DNA of 64,000 bases, taken from the NCBI GenBank assembly GCA_000004985.1, contig GG738904.1. One strand, given 5' to 3'. Below are positions 34,239 to 45,362 of the stretch, one piece after another. This DNA is from Naegleria gruberi. Lineage: Eukaryota. The notes under the pieces are model-generated. The model was not told the origin of the DNA and ran no database searches. It saw only the letters and a program-made list of their open reading frames with translations. Within the stretch, counting starts at the first letter, position 1. Every line of letters starts with the position of its first letter. The position numbers and the translations under genes were made by a program.

Positions 34239-34955
34239 GCAGATTGTTATTTATTCACCTAACAAATATACTTCATATATTACTCTTTTGCTTACCAATG
34301 TTAAATTCCTGTGATTGATACAAACTTCTTAACTAGTTACACACAGAATAATACACATTATTTGATTATCAAGCTGCCATTGAGTAAGTTATTTTTGTTT
34401 ACTCTCCAAGTTCAACTATATGATACATGATGAATGAGCCACCATTCTTCAATATCAAATTTTCCACTTGTTTTTTCTCCGATCCTCTAAGAGTTTGAAA
34501 GTAGTAAGTAGCCTTGAAACATTTTTTTTGAAAATTGGCGGTTTCGTTCTTAGTAGTTAATAAGGCACAAATTTTGAATTACAACTTTTAATAACAGTGA
34601 ATAATAATAGCCAATTCAAATAATACAAGAAACCAATTCTTTAATTCTAAAATGTAGTTGATCTTCTATAAATAGAAGAGACAAGTTATTTTCTGAGGTG
34701 CCTACTTTCATTGATGCATTCTTGATTCTCATTGAGATTCAGGCTATTTTTTAAAAGTTCCATAAATCAAACTACAACGACAATAAAAAAAAAGCCTCAA
34801 AACTGACATCTCTCAACAGCTCATTTGAAATTTCCCTTTTTTGCGCACAATTTGTGATTCAAAGAATCAAAACTGAACCTGCAATTATGATACAAAGAAA
34901 CAAACCTCCATAAAATATTTGTAGTTTTGTATTTTTGAAGATAGTATAAGAAGAA

Positions 34956-36860
34956 ATGTCATTCTCAGTAGTTTCGAATAGTTGTTCTTCAGCTGTTACT
35001 ACTAATGGACCACCATTAGAAAGTGTAAATATTGAAATGAGGTTGGATAGTGAGGTGTCAATGTATTCTGTTTCATTAGATGGTATTTATGGAAATGTGT
35101 TATCTGAAGCAAATGTTGTCTCATCACCTGCTTTGAATAGTTGTGTTTCGTCCTTTTCATTGAAGAAACCTTCTCCATTGGATCAACGCTTGGATTTGTT
35201 GAAGTTTGTGAAACAATTTGTCAGAGTAGAGAAGAATGAAAGTAAGGAAGTAATTGAAGAGGAATTGAGAATTGTTTCAACTTGGAGTCAACAAGATATG
35301 ATGAACACTCCATCAGTGGCAAGCATGTCAAGTTTAAACTCTGAAATGAGTTTAATGTCAATGACCTCTGACAGATCATTAGCAAATATGATCAAAGATG
35401 ATTATTTCAAAGTTCCAGAAAAGAAGGAAAAGAAGAATGGTAAAAGAAAGAGATCTCTAATTTATGATAAGAAGACAGGCATATTCTTGTCAGTATTCAA
35501 TTTGATTAATGATGTTTTGAGTCCAGGTACTTTGAGTATGTCTCAAATGACAGCTCAATCAGGTATTTTCTCAAGTTTGATTCTTACCGTGTTCTTTGGA
35601 TTGGTAACTTTATTTACTTTAATGATTTTATATGAATTGAGAAGAAAGTATTTGAAAACTAGTTTATTGGAATTGTCAGAATTGGCATTTGGTAAACCAG
35701 GTGTTGTCATTGCAAGTATTCCAATTCTATTATTCAACTTTGGTGGGGCATTAGGCATGTTTATCATGTTTGGGCATTTAGTTCCAGATTTACTTTTACT
35801 AGTTGAAAAGAATTTCAGTTCTATTCTTAGTGGATATTCTTTCCTTTTTAGTAGAGAATCTGTATTGATAATTTTGACAATTATTATGATTCCATTTGCT
35901 TTGAGAAAGAATTTGGGAAGTTACGCAATTACTTCATTCATTTCAGTTAGCTCCGTATTGCTGGTTGGAATTTGGTTGGCAATTGAAAAGATGACAGGTC
36001 AAAGAGCTCTCATTCCATCTTCTAATGCATTTGATTTTGCAAAGAGTGAAATTTTATCTGCTTTTGGAGCTTTGGCATTTATCTATGTTTGCCACGATAT
36101 AGTATTTCACATATTTTCCAATTTAAGAAGACCTACCAGATTTAGATTCTTTCTAGTGGCACTATTTGTAGTGATTATTACAATCCTAACTATTACATGT
36201 GTTGGAATGAGTGGATATTTAATATTTTATGATAAGTGTCTAGATGACGCCAATGTATTGAACTTGTTTCCTTTCAATGATCCAATGGCAATCATTGCAA
36301 GAATAATCATTTCCCTCAATATTATCATGTCTATTCCTTATGCATTATTCATGCCAAGGGATTGTTTGCATACATTGTTAAAGACAATTTTACCAAAAGT
36401 TTACAAGCGAATTCAAAAGACAAAAGTGAGAAGAAACATTCTTCATGTAATTTTGACAATGACAGTTTTATTGACATCTTTTGGAGTGGCTATTGGTGTT
36501 ACTGATTTAGGCATTGTAGCAGATTTATTTGGAGCAGTAGCTGCTAGTTCATTAGCATATATTATTCCACCAAGTCTTTATTTAAAATTGGAATTTTCAT
36601 TTGGATGTTCATTAAAGAGATCAAATGATGAAAATATTGAACTTTCCAACACAAAATCAGTAACCGAAACCAATAACACTATTATTGAACATCCATTGGA
36701 AGAGTATTACGCAAAGAAGAGCAATGATGCACATTCAAATTCTCTCAGACAACAATTATTTAGAATTCTAATTGGAGTTACTTGTATGATGGTTTTGCTA
36801 TTGGGTATTTTCATTCTAGTTGGAACCATTACAAGTGTAATTATTCATAAATTTGTCTAA
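34956..36860 (+). CDS. Amino-acid transporter of the Aa_trans (SLC32/36/38, AVT-like) family with an approximately 170-aa Ser-rich N-terminal extension
   Basis: The hallmark N-terminal segment of the transporter domain is FNLINDVLSPGTLSMSQMTAQSGIFSSLILTVFFGLVTLFTLMILYEL. About 10-11 predicted TM helices follow. It is a single 634-codon ORF. Confidence 0.8.
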   Translation: MSFSVVSNSCSSAVTTNGPPLESVNIEMRLDSEVSMYSVSLDGIYGNVLSEANVVSSPALNSCVSSFSLKKPSPLDQRLDLLKFVKQFVRVEKNESKEVIEEELRIVSTWSQQDMMNTPSVASMSSLNSEMSLMSMTSDRSLANMIKDDYFKVPEKKEKKNGKRKRSLIYDKKTGIFLSVFNLINDVLSPGTLSMSQMTAQSGIFSSLILTVFFGLVTLFTLMILYELRRKYLKTSLLELSELAFGKPGVVIASIPILLFNFGGALGMFIMFGHLVPDLLLLVEKNFSSILSGYSFLFSRESVLIILTIIMIPFALRKNLGSYAITSFISVSSVLLVGIWLAIEKMTGQRALIPSSNAFDFAKSEILSAFGALAFIYVCHDIVFHIFSNLRRPTRFRFFLVALFVVIITILTITCVGMSGYLIFYDKCLDDANVLNLFPFNDPMAIIARIIISLNIIMSIPYALFMPRDCLHTLLKTILPKVYKRIQKTKVRRNILHVILTMTVLLTSFGVAIGVTDLGIVADLFGAVAASSLAYIIPPSLYLKLEFSFGCSLKRSNDENIELSNTKSVTETNNTIIEHPLEEYYAKKSNDAHSNSLRQQLFRILIGVTCMMVLLLGIFILVGTITSVIIHKFV

Positions 36861-37457
36861 TTGACTAGTCTTTTCTAACTTTCTTGAACATTTGTTCTCT
36901 TTATGGACATGCACTATAGTTAACAAGTTTCCAATCATGAGAGAGTTTCATTCATTGAAATTCAACAAGAAATTCAAAGGAGGGATTGAGTAAGAAATTC
37001 GAAACAGTTGAAACATTTATTGAGGATTTGGTAGAATTAGTGGTGAGAAAACCAATCATTGATGCTTTCTATTGTGCTCCTGTGGAACATATGAGAGTTT
37101 ATTTTCATTCTTGAAAGGAAAAGTTGAATAATTAGCTCCTCATTATAAAATTGATGCTTTCTTCATCATTAAAATTAATTAATATTTTTATTTTTAATAA
37201 GAACTATTTAAATTGTCCTCATCGGAAATGATAAGAATGGACTAATTAACTTCAACTCTGATATTTATTCAAACAACTTCCGATATCCTATCTATAATAA
37301 ACATATTGTTATTCAACCAACTCTTCAAGTTTTCAAAGCCTTCGATTATTAATTGTGTTGCTGATGATTCTACTCTTTTGTTGAACTTAAAAAAAATCAA
37401 CAACGTTGGTTAGAAGAACAAATACATAAACAACAAACAATAATTAATATATAACAA

Positions 37458-38831
37458 ATGGCATTAGGAAGTGAAAAATCGGATACACCAATGGAAAATG
37501 GAGAAAATTATGATTTGAGTGAGGATTATATAACTGATGATGAAGGTGATGAAGCCTTTATTAATGAAGAAGATATTGAAGAAGTAGCAGGAGAATATGG
37601 TGAAGATGATGCACCACCAAGTGATGAAGAAGATAATGAAGGAGAAGAATGGGTAGATGATGATGGAATGGAAGATGAAAGACCACTCCGAAATGTACCA
37701 GATCATTCTAATGCTTCATTCAATGAACATACAGATGCAATTTATTCAATTAGTGTTATTAATGATGGAAATGATAAATTTATTTGTGCTACTTCATCAG
37801 GAGATGATTCTGCATATTTGTGGACTTTTGATACAACAACAATGACAACAAGTCCAATTGCAAAACTTGCTGGACATACTGATACAGTTTTACAATCAAA
37901 ATTCAATTTTGATAAGACAATTTTAGCAACTGCTGCTATGGATGGAACTGTTAAACTTTGGAATGCCAAGTCAGGTGCTTTTATTTCTTCATTAGAAGGT
38001 CCAGGTGATAGTATTGAATGGATTGATTGGCATCCAAGAGGTAATATTATCATTGGTGGTTCACAAGATGCTACTACATGGATGTGGAATACTCAAAAAG
38101 AAGTTTGTTTGAATGTATTTTCTGGTCACTCTGAAAGTGTTACAAATGGTTGTTTCACAACTGATGGAAAATTAATGGTAACTGCTTCTGATGATGCTAC
38201 TGTTAAAATTTGGAATCCAAAAACTGCTGAATGTATTGTCAATTACTCTGCTCATGAAAAGAATATCAAATCATTCTGTGAAGAACCAATTACATCTTTG
38301 AAATGTAGTACTCTTAATCCTTCAGTATTTTTATGTGGTTCTTTGGATGGTTCTATTGCACTTTGTCAATTGGAACAACAAAGAGTTATTAGCCATCTTA
38401 AAAACAAACATGCTCATACAAATTCAGTTGAAGAAGTTTTATTCCATCCAGAAAATCAAAGTTTACTTGTTTCTTGTGGTATGGATGGTCAAATTGTTGT
38501 ATGGGATACTAATGCTGGATCAGCTCGTCTAGTTTTAAAGAATTATCCAATAATAGAAAATCCAGAACTCGGATCAAGCAGTAGCAGTGATTTGAACTTT
38601 GATACAAATGGTACTCTTACTGGTGTTACACGTGCCTTCTTTGATTCTACTCAATCATACATTATTTATTCAGGTGATATTTTAGGTAATATTCTCAGTT
38701 GGGATATCAGAACTGGAAAAGTTTTGAAATTATATCAAGGACATGCTGATGTTGTTTCTGATTTATCTCAATCATCAAAGTATATCTTTTCAACTTCAGA
38801 AGACAAGAGAGCACTCATTTTCAATAAATAA
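37458..38831 (+). CDS. WD40-repeat protein with an acidic N-terminus; AAMP/Sqt1-like
   Basis: The N-terminus is D/E-rich (DDEGDEAFINEEDIEEVAGEYGEDDAPPSDEEDNEGEEWVDDDGMEDE). At least 6 WD repeats follow (LAGHTDTVLQSKFN...DGTVKLWN; FSGHSESVTNGCFT...DATVKIWN; ...GQIVVWD). An acidic N-terminal segment followed by WD40 repeats is the AAMP/Sqt1 architecture. Confidence 0.8.
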   Translation: MALGSEKSDTPMENGENYDLSEDYITDDEGDEAFINEEDIEEVAGEYGEDDAPPSDEEDNEGEEWVDDDGMEDERPLRNVPDHSNASFNEHTDAIYSISVINDGNDKFICATSSGDDSAYLWTFDTTTMTTSPIAKLAGHTDTVLQSKFNFDKTILATAAMDGTVKLWNAKSGAFISSLEGPGDSIEWIDWHPRGNIIIGGSQDATTWMWNTQKEVCLNVFSGHSESVTNGCFTTDGKLMVTASDDATVKIWNPKTAECIVNYSAHEKNIKSFCEEPITSLKCSTLNPSVFLCGSLDGSIALCQLEQQRVISHLKNKHAHTNSVEEVLFHPENQSLLVSCGMDGQIVVWDTNAGSARLVLKNYPIIENPELGSSSSSDLNFDTNGTLTGVTRAFFDSTQSYIIYSGDILGNILSWDIRTGKVLKLYQGHADVVSDLSQSSKYIFSTSEDKRALIFNK

Positions 38832-38879
38832 ACATTTTCTTTTACAATTAAAGATATTACTATTTACAATCTCAAAGTG

Positions 38880-39793
38880 TTAACAACCATCAAATGGATC
38901 ACCACCAAACTCACGAAGAAGTTTGAAATCTTGTACATGTTTCCTTACTCCATCCAAAATGTCTTCAACATCCTGAGGTGAGAATTTGCTAAGCATTGCT
39001 GAAAATTGGTTATAGATTTCCAAATCTCTTTTATCCTCGAAAAATCGTTCCCTAGGTGTATTGATAATGAATTGGTCATACTGAGATCTTCTCTCAGTAG
39101 CTGTATCTTTATCCATTTGATGTGAGATTTGATTGCTTAATTCTTCAATTTCTTGTATTTCTTGAAAACTTAATGGTGTTACATTCCTTATTTCTTCCGA
39201 CATTGATGATATACAACGTTGTCTCAAACTCATTGCTGATTGAGAACGATTTCCAGCAGCACTGCTAGAATTAACAGATTTTGGACTCTTGGATCTAACA
39301 CTGGGACAACTATTAGAATGTCAATCATTCGAAATTAAGAGGTAAGGTGATGTAGTTTAAAACATAATAGAGTTTCAATTAATGATGATGTTTGATGATT
39401 GAAGTTACGGAATGAAATACTTACCGACTTGGAGAAGCAGCACTTCTTGGCGAATTTAAAAATCCGGACAATGAAGGTGATCCAAAGTTATAGGATTTAT
39501 CTTCTTTTACCGAGTGGCTAATATCACCATTCAAGTGTTGGTCCTCTTCTTTATCAAATAGTAAGGACATTATTGTCAAAGCGCAACAGCCAATAAGATT
39601 TAAAAATTGATGAAGACTACTTACTCTTCTTTTTAGGTCTCGCATGCATTGTCCTTGGTGTTTTATTATCTATACAAGACCTAGAATTGTCCAATCGAGA
39701 TCTATGCAAAAAATAGTGAATAGACAGGGCATCTCTCCCTCCTCTATTCTTGAATGAATAAGCAAAGTAAGGTGATCTCTCCGATGAAGACAT
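38880..39793 (-). CDS. Ser/Pro-rich hypothetical protein (about 240 aa), three exons: 39793-39625, 39548-39425, 39309-38880
   Basis: The ATG (complement of 39791-39793) gives MSSSERSPYFAYSFKNRGG...HARPKKK. The GTAAGT donors are at the complements of 39619-39624 and 39419-39424. The AG acceptors are at the complements of 39549-39550 and 39310-39311. The exon lengths of 169/124/430 nt are phase-consistent. The joined product reads ...RPKKKKEDQHLNGDISHSVKEDKSYNFGSPSLSGFLNSPRSAASPSRCPSVRSKSPKSVNSSSAAGNRSQSAMSLRQRCISSMSEE...GDPFDGC. The TM-like stretch in ORF-track 39421-39645 (LNLIGCCALTIMSLLF) is then intronic. Confidence 0.5.
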
Positions 39794-40034
39794 TTTTTTT
39801 AAATTTTTAAAGCTGTATTTTTACGCGCCCTCAATAACAGTTACAGATGTTTGCTGTTTATTGTTCGTTTTTTTTAATTGTCAGCTGAAGAACAGTGAAT
39901 GGAAATTTACAGCCCTTTTCTTTGCTGTCATCTATGAGTGGTCAATTTTTGAATCTAGTAAAATGATTCAAAAGAATTCTTTAGATATAAAAGTATTGAG
40001 CATTTAAAAGAGATACTAGCAGTAGTAGTTTTTA

Positions 40035-42032
40035 CTAATTTTTGTAATGTTGTTGCATTTGTTTTTGTAATTTCAATTTGTGAGCATTTTGTAAAACATC
40101 TCCTTTATCCACAGTCATTGATTTTGATTGAAAATATGGTTGATTCATTGTTTGTTTACAATAATCTTCTGGATTAAAATCAAATACACAACTTCCAACT
40201 GTTAAATGATGAATTTCATCATGTTCATAATTATTTGGAATGGACAAATAAATAACCTTTTCATAGGGACATACTTTCTTAACTAATCCAATACATTTCA
40301 ATTGAGTTTTTAATTCTTGATTTGTTTTAATGGTCATGAGTGGATATTCACTTGATTGATTGGAAATTAACTTGTTATGATATTCATTTGTAATTATTCC
40401 ATTATTATTTTTAGGAGGTTTAAATGAATAAACTCCAACAAATGATCCATTTAAATAATATAATCCTTTTGATAATTCACTTGAATCTGTATTTAGTAAT
40501 GTAATTATTACTTGATTCCATTTTAATTTAATTGTAGGAAGTTCTGCAAAGAATTCATAAATACTTTTAGAATTTCCCATTGTTGTTGCAATTGTTGTTG
40601 TTGAGTTATTATTACTACTACTATTACTACTATTACTAATATTACTATTTTTAGAAATATTGAATGCAATTGTTTGCTGTAATGATTTTGTAAAAACCAA
40701 ATCAAAAATTCTTTTAAATTCCTCAATTTCATAACAATATGAAAAATAAAACAAGTGTTGTAAATTAATTTTAGAAAAATAATGATTTCTATAACCTTGT
40801 TTCGATCCAATAATAAATAAAGTTTCTAAATTTCTCAAATCAACAATTGAAGTATTTTCACCTGTAATTTCCCTATTATTAATATTATTAAAGAATATAG
40901 TATTATTTTTAATATTATTGTAATCTATTAATCCAGAAGGTGATGGATTCAAATTAATATTTTTATAATTACTTAATACTATTAAATCTGTCATACCATT
41001 TTTGGTATTTTGATTTAAAATTTGAAGTAATTCCAAAATAATTTGATATCCACTTGAAGGTAATAAAGATTGACTATTAATAATTAATGGAATATTTGAA
41101 TATTTTTTACAATAAATTTGATATAATTCAAGTGATTGTTTTAAATAAGTTTCAATTTGAATATCAGTTGTTGAATGACCATGATATATTTGGTAAATTA
41201 ATTCATTTTTAGTATTTTGAAAAAGTGGTCCAAATGTTGGATTTGAATGAATTGAAAGTGATAATGTACCTCTAATTCCAAATGTAGGAACATTAATATT
41301 TAAATTTAAAAATGCTACTTTTGGATAATAATTTAATAATTCATTCATTAAATAATTACTAAATAAGGATTTACCTGATAAGGCATGTCCACATATTACA
41401 TATTTTCTTAATTCTTTTCTTGTACATCTATTTATAACTCTTTTCATAAAATCATTTGCAAAATCAAATTTAATTAAATGTGTTGGAATATTAGAATTTC
41501 CATAAATGTAAAGTGATTCAAGTTTACGTTTTGATTTTTCTAATTTTAAATTATTAAATATTTGTAAATTTTTATGTAAATAATAACATCTTGTATATAA
41601 ATCATATTCTTCACTTTCCTTATTTGGTATATAAAATTTAATTAAACTTTCTTGATTTGTATTTTCAATTGCAATCATTCCATACATGCAATTACTATTT
41701 AATAAATAACTATTTGATGAATTTTTAATATTCTTTCCCAATATTTTAATACTTCCTTGTAAAACTTGAAAATAACAAACTCCAATTAAGTAAATTGTTG
41801 AATTTAAATTCTTTAATTTAATTTCAATAGAATTTTTCATTTCCGAATTTAAAGATGATTCTTTTTCATCATCATTCATTTCATCAATATCTTCTTCTTG
41901 TTGATTCATTAATTCATTTGCATCATCATTATCTTCTTCTTGTTGATCATCGGAATTTTCTTGATTAATTTCCTCTTCATTGATTTCATCATCGGAATCA
42001 ACAATTTCTTCATTTTCTTTAAATTGTTTCAT
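40035..42032 (-). CDS. Grc3/Nol9-like polynucleotide 5'-kinase (Clp1 family) with an acidic N-terminal extension
   Basis: The P-loop is VICGHALSGKSLFSNYLMNELL. The overall layout (acidic N-terminus, central kinase, C-terminal domain) and the size (665 aa) fit Grc3/NOL9 rather than Clp1. Confidence 0.55.
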   Translation of the reverse strand: MKQFKENEEIVDSDDEINEEEINQENSDDQQEEDNDDANELMNQQEEDIDEMNDDEKESSLNSEMKNSIEIKLKNLNSTIYLIGVCYFQVLQGSIKILGKNIKNSSNSYLLNSNCMYGMIAIENTNQESLIKFYIPNKESEEYDLYTRCYYLHKNLQIFNNLKLEKSKRKLESLYIYGNSNIPTHLIKFDFANDFMKRVINRCTRKELRKYVICGHALSGKSLFSNYLMNELLNYYPKVAFLNLNINVPTFGIRGTLSLSIHSNPTFGPLFQNTKNELIYQIYHGHSTTDIQIETYLKQSLELYQIYCKKYSNIPLIINSQSLLPSSGYQIILELLQILNQNTKNGMTDLIVLSNYKNINLNPSPSGLIDYNNIKNNTIFFNNINNREITGENTSIVDLRNLETLFIIGSKQGYRNHYFSKINLQHLFYFSYCYEIEEFKRIFDLVFTKSLQQTIAFNISKNSNISNSSNSSSNNNSTTTIATTMGNSKSIYEFFAELPTIKLKWNQVIITLLNTDSSELSKGLYYLNGSFVGVYSFKPPKNNNGIITNEYHNKLISNQSSEYPLMTIKTNQELKTQLKCIGLVKKVCPYEKVIYLSIPNNYEHDEIHHLTVGSCVFDFNPEDYCKQTMNQPYFQSKSMTVDKGDVLQNAHKLKLQKQMQQHYKN

Positions 42033-42214
42033 TTTTTTTGTTGAATTTTGTTAAAAAGTAAGATTGCATTTAAGACCAAATATTATTGTTTTAACTAAAT
42101 TCAACTTAAAATTTTGTATTATATTTCACAATAGTTGAAATTATTATCATTAAAATATGGATTTGTAAAGTTTATTTTTTTGTAATATTTACAAGTGAGA
42201 GAGTTCAGTCGCGA

Positions 42215-42264
42215 NNNNNNNNNNNNNNNNNNNNNNNNNNNNNNNNNNNNNNNNNNNNNNNNNN
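42215..42264. other. Assembly gap (50 N)
   Basis: A run of n characters. It lies about 130 bp 3' of the stop of the reverse-strand gene at 42393-43595. Confidence 0.99.
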
Positions 42265-42392
42265 GGTTTTTTAAACTTCATTCACCTTCTTTAAATTATT
42301 AGCATGTGAATGACCATTAGTGGTGGCGGTGGTGGTATTATTATTATTGAGTGGAGGAGAAGGAGTGGTTGTTGTGGTTGGTTGTGGAATAG

Positions 42393-43595
42393 TCATGATG
42401 GTGGTTGGTTGTGGTGGTGGAGTTGTGGTGGTGGAGGATGTGGCATTGATGATGATGGTGGACTCAAGTATTCCTGTTGGTGATCTTGGTGATGATGTGA
42501 AATTTGATCCTGATGCTCACTTTTAACACTCTTTGAACTTCTTGTACTTGTTGTGCTATTTGTACTTAGTGATGAATTAGCTCTCTTTCTACCACTTGAA
42601 GAGGTGCTGGAAGTATTCTTTCGTTTAGTTGTGCTTGTTGAAGTAGCACTTGAAGTATTTGAATCTGTTTGTTGATTCAACTTTTTCCATTGATATAAAT
42701 CATGGAAATAACAATAATTACAAATATTATTCCAGAACTTGGCAATATAATCTGGCTTGAACTCTGTTTCACATCTGAGAGAAAATCTTAAACGATTTGA
42801 AACATCCTTTGTACAATTTTGAATACAACACGTGGTTTGATGTACAAAAGCATTGAGCTCCTGAGTATTTGATGAACTAGAAGCAACTGTTTGATCATTT
42901 GAATGATTTGATTGATTGGAATGACTTCTTCGTCTTGTATTTGATGTTCTTCTCGTTGATTTTCTCTTCTTTGATTCTGGACTACTTGTATTATTTGAAT
43001 GACTACTACTGCTACCAGTACTACTACTGTTGGTAGATTGATTGACTAATGGTTCAGCAATATTGAGTTGTTCAGTCATTTCTTCATCTTCATCAGAAGG
43101 ACTTGACAGTGATGATAATCTATTATTAGATTCATAAACGTGTTGATGAGTCATGGTTGATGAACTAGTTGGATGAGATGCAGTTGTTTGTGTGCCTTGT
43201 AGGAGTGGAGGTGGAAATACAATGCTCTGATTTGTAATTACTGGTACAGATGCAGTAGTGCTAATATTATTATATGGAATGACATGAATGGATGATTGTA
43301 TCATGTGTTGTTGTTGTTGTGGTGGTGATTGTTGCTGCTGATGATGATGAACATTACCTATTAATTGTGATGGCAATGTGAATGGATTGACAATGGTGTT
43401 AATAGCAGTATTGTTAGCATTGGTATTAGGAGAAGTGTTATTAGACCCAGTTGAATGTCCACCACTAGCATATGGTTTAGATTGTAAAGTGTTAAATTCA
43501 GGATGAGTATGTGAAAAATCTTCACGGACCTTATCGAGTAGAATTTTTCTCATCCTTTTCTCTCTTTTTAATATTGAAGTAAGTGTGTAATACAA
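42393..43595 (-). CDS. Low-complexity (S/T/N/Q/H/P-rich) protein with a Cys-rich putative zinc-binding module; probable transcription regulator
   Basis: A 400-codon ORF. The Cys cluster is CCIQNCTKDVSNRLRFSLRCETEFKPDYIAKFWNNICNYCYFHDLYQWKK. The long homopolymeric tracts (QQQQ, SSSS, HHH, PPPP) are typical for regulators in this genome type. Confidence 0.5.
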   Translation of the reverse strand: MYYTLTSILKREKRMRKILLDKVREDFSHTHPEFNTLQSKPYASGGHSTGSNNTSPNTNANNTAINTIVNPFTLPSQLIGNVHHHQQQQSPPQQQQHMIQSSIHVIPYNNISTTASVPVITNQSIVFPPPLLQGTQTTASHPTSSSTMTHQHVYESNNRLSSLSSPSDEDEEMTEQLNIAEPLVNQSTNSSSTGSSSSHSNNTSSPESKKRKSTRRTSNTRRRSHSNQSNHSNDQTVASSSSNTQELNAFVHQTTCCIQNCTKDVSNRLRFSLRCETEFKPDYIAKFWNNICNYCYFHDLYQWKKLNQQTDSNTSSATSTSTTKRKNTSSTSSSGRKRANSSLSTNSTTSTRSSKSVKSEHQDQISHHHQDHQQEYLSPPSSSMPHPPPPQLHHHNQPPS

Positions 43596-43819
43596 TAGTG
43601 TTGCAATATAATAGTATTAGTAATATAATACAAAGTAATATTAATAATGATTAAACAAGTTGTCGCAATATATGTTACAAAATATAAGGAGTTATACAAA
43701 ATATACAAATTCACTCCTATAACAGCAAGAACAATTTGACTATTTTCACAAATTGCGTTCTAGTCGAGTTAAGAAAAAAACAAAGCCTTTGATCGGATTG
43801 TTATTATATTAACAACAGC

Positions 43820-44095
43820 AACTACTGTGTGTGTGCACTCGAGATTCACTGTGTGTGTTAAGAAAAAGGCTCAAGAGAGTGAATAAGAGAGTTTACAAGT
43901 TTTTTTTAAATGAAAGTTATTTTTATTTTGGTGTTTGAAGTTCTAAAATTGATTCCCCTGATAAAATCGTCGAAGGCTTCTCATGGTTGTGTGTGTGAAT
44001 GTAATGTGGAAGGCTACTTGAAGAGGCTTCGTAGAATAGGATTAATATTCAATCAGTCAGTTATTCTCAGCGATGTATCGTGTGTGAGTGTGGAT
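43820..44095. repeat. Cluster of short (TG)n / GTGTGTG microsatellite-like runs in a 1.75-kb gene-free interval
   Basis: ctgtgtgtgtgcactcgagattcactgtgtgtgtt (about 43826-43860), ggttgtgtgtgtgaatg (about 43986-43998), cgtgtgtgagtgtgg (about 44079-44093). Confidence 0.6.
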
Positions 44096-45362
44096 TAATA
44101 AGAATACTTCTGAGATGGTTGATGATGATTGAAATAGTTGTTGGTTGACTTGAGAGATGAATTAATTTTAGAAATTGAATAATAAACGGTAAGATTGACC
44201 TTTAATGTTTAGTGATGGATAGATGTGAATCTCTTGTAAAGAATCTTAAAAGTAACTTGATCATGACAAGTAGTGTTGTTGATGACTTTTACAACACTTT
44301 TATAGATTTTACATGAAACATGGTCAATGTTTCCACTATTTCAGATTCTATATATTGAGTTTCGAATAGTTTTGGTGTTGTATATTTATTGAAGAATGGT
44401 AAAATTGTAAAGAAAGGAATTATGCAAACATGTTCAATGTTCTATTGTTGGTGAATTAACATGAAATGCAATTTTAACATGAATCTATTTGCAACTTTAC
44501 AATGTCGGTTATATTGGTTGAAAATGTTCCTTATTACCAAAAAATGCTCATTTAGGAAAGTAAGTTGTTAAAATATTGAAACAATTCCTTTTTGTCCATT
44601 TGTAAATATTTGATCAATATTTGTAAAGTGTGAAAACCTTCCTTACTGAGCTTTCACACAAAATTATTCTATTATGAATAAAACTACAGAGATCACGCAA
44701 GGATTTGTACAGCAAGCACCTTCCATGATCCTTCCCTGCAGCTTTGGTTCACAACTTTTTAATTGCAGTATGATTGCTACATTATCTAACAAATATCTAC
44801 ATCTCTATGAATTGTTTTATTTTCAATGTATTTTTAACTTTTGGTTCCTAAATATCAAAAATAGTTGAAATGTATTTTGTTTCATTAATAAAATCTATTA
44901 TTATTTTGTGTTTTCAAAAGTAAAACAGAAACCTGTTGTTGGGTTGGGGGTGTTGTTTGTTTTTTTTTGAGGGTTTTTCAAGTTGTTTTTTTTTGTTGTA
45001 CAAGAATCGTGTGCTGCAAGGTTTCTTATTAGTAGTTGATCCAATTTGATTATTTAGATCTCCTTTTCTTGAATTCAATTAACAACTTGTGGTGTGAGAG
45101 TATAACAATATTAATTAATCACAAAAGAAACTGAATGTAAATTGTGAATTTGATTCTTCATAAAATTTATTACTTCTCGCACAATAAATTTACTGAGAAA
45201 TTCTATCATAATTGAACCTTGTTCCACAATATTGAAGAATATTGATATTCAAGTTTGTTCAATGATTGTTTTGGGCAGAACTTTGTGATATCTTGACACC
45301 TTCTTAATATGGATTATAAATCCACGAATGAAAACATTTTTTAAAACATCACACACAAAAAA

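Noticed and set aside
39421-39645. 74-aa ORF with a TM-like stretch (LNLIGCCALTIMSLLF)
   Set aside because: A GTAAGT donor and phase-correct acceptor remove that stretch as an intron and give a coherent S/P-rich protein. It is kept only as part of the three-exon model.
42320-42526. 68-aa plus-strand Gly/Val-rich ORF (MVAVVVLLLLSGGEGVVVVV...)
   Set aside because: It is the antisense of the Pro/His/Gln-rich 3' end of the reverse-strand gene 42393-43595 and its UTR. It is a compositional artefact.
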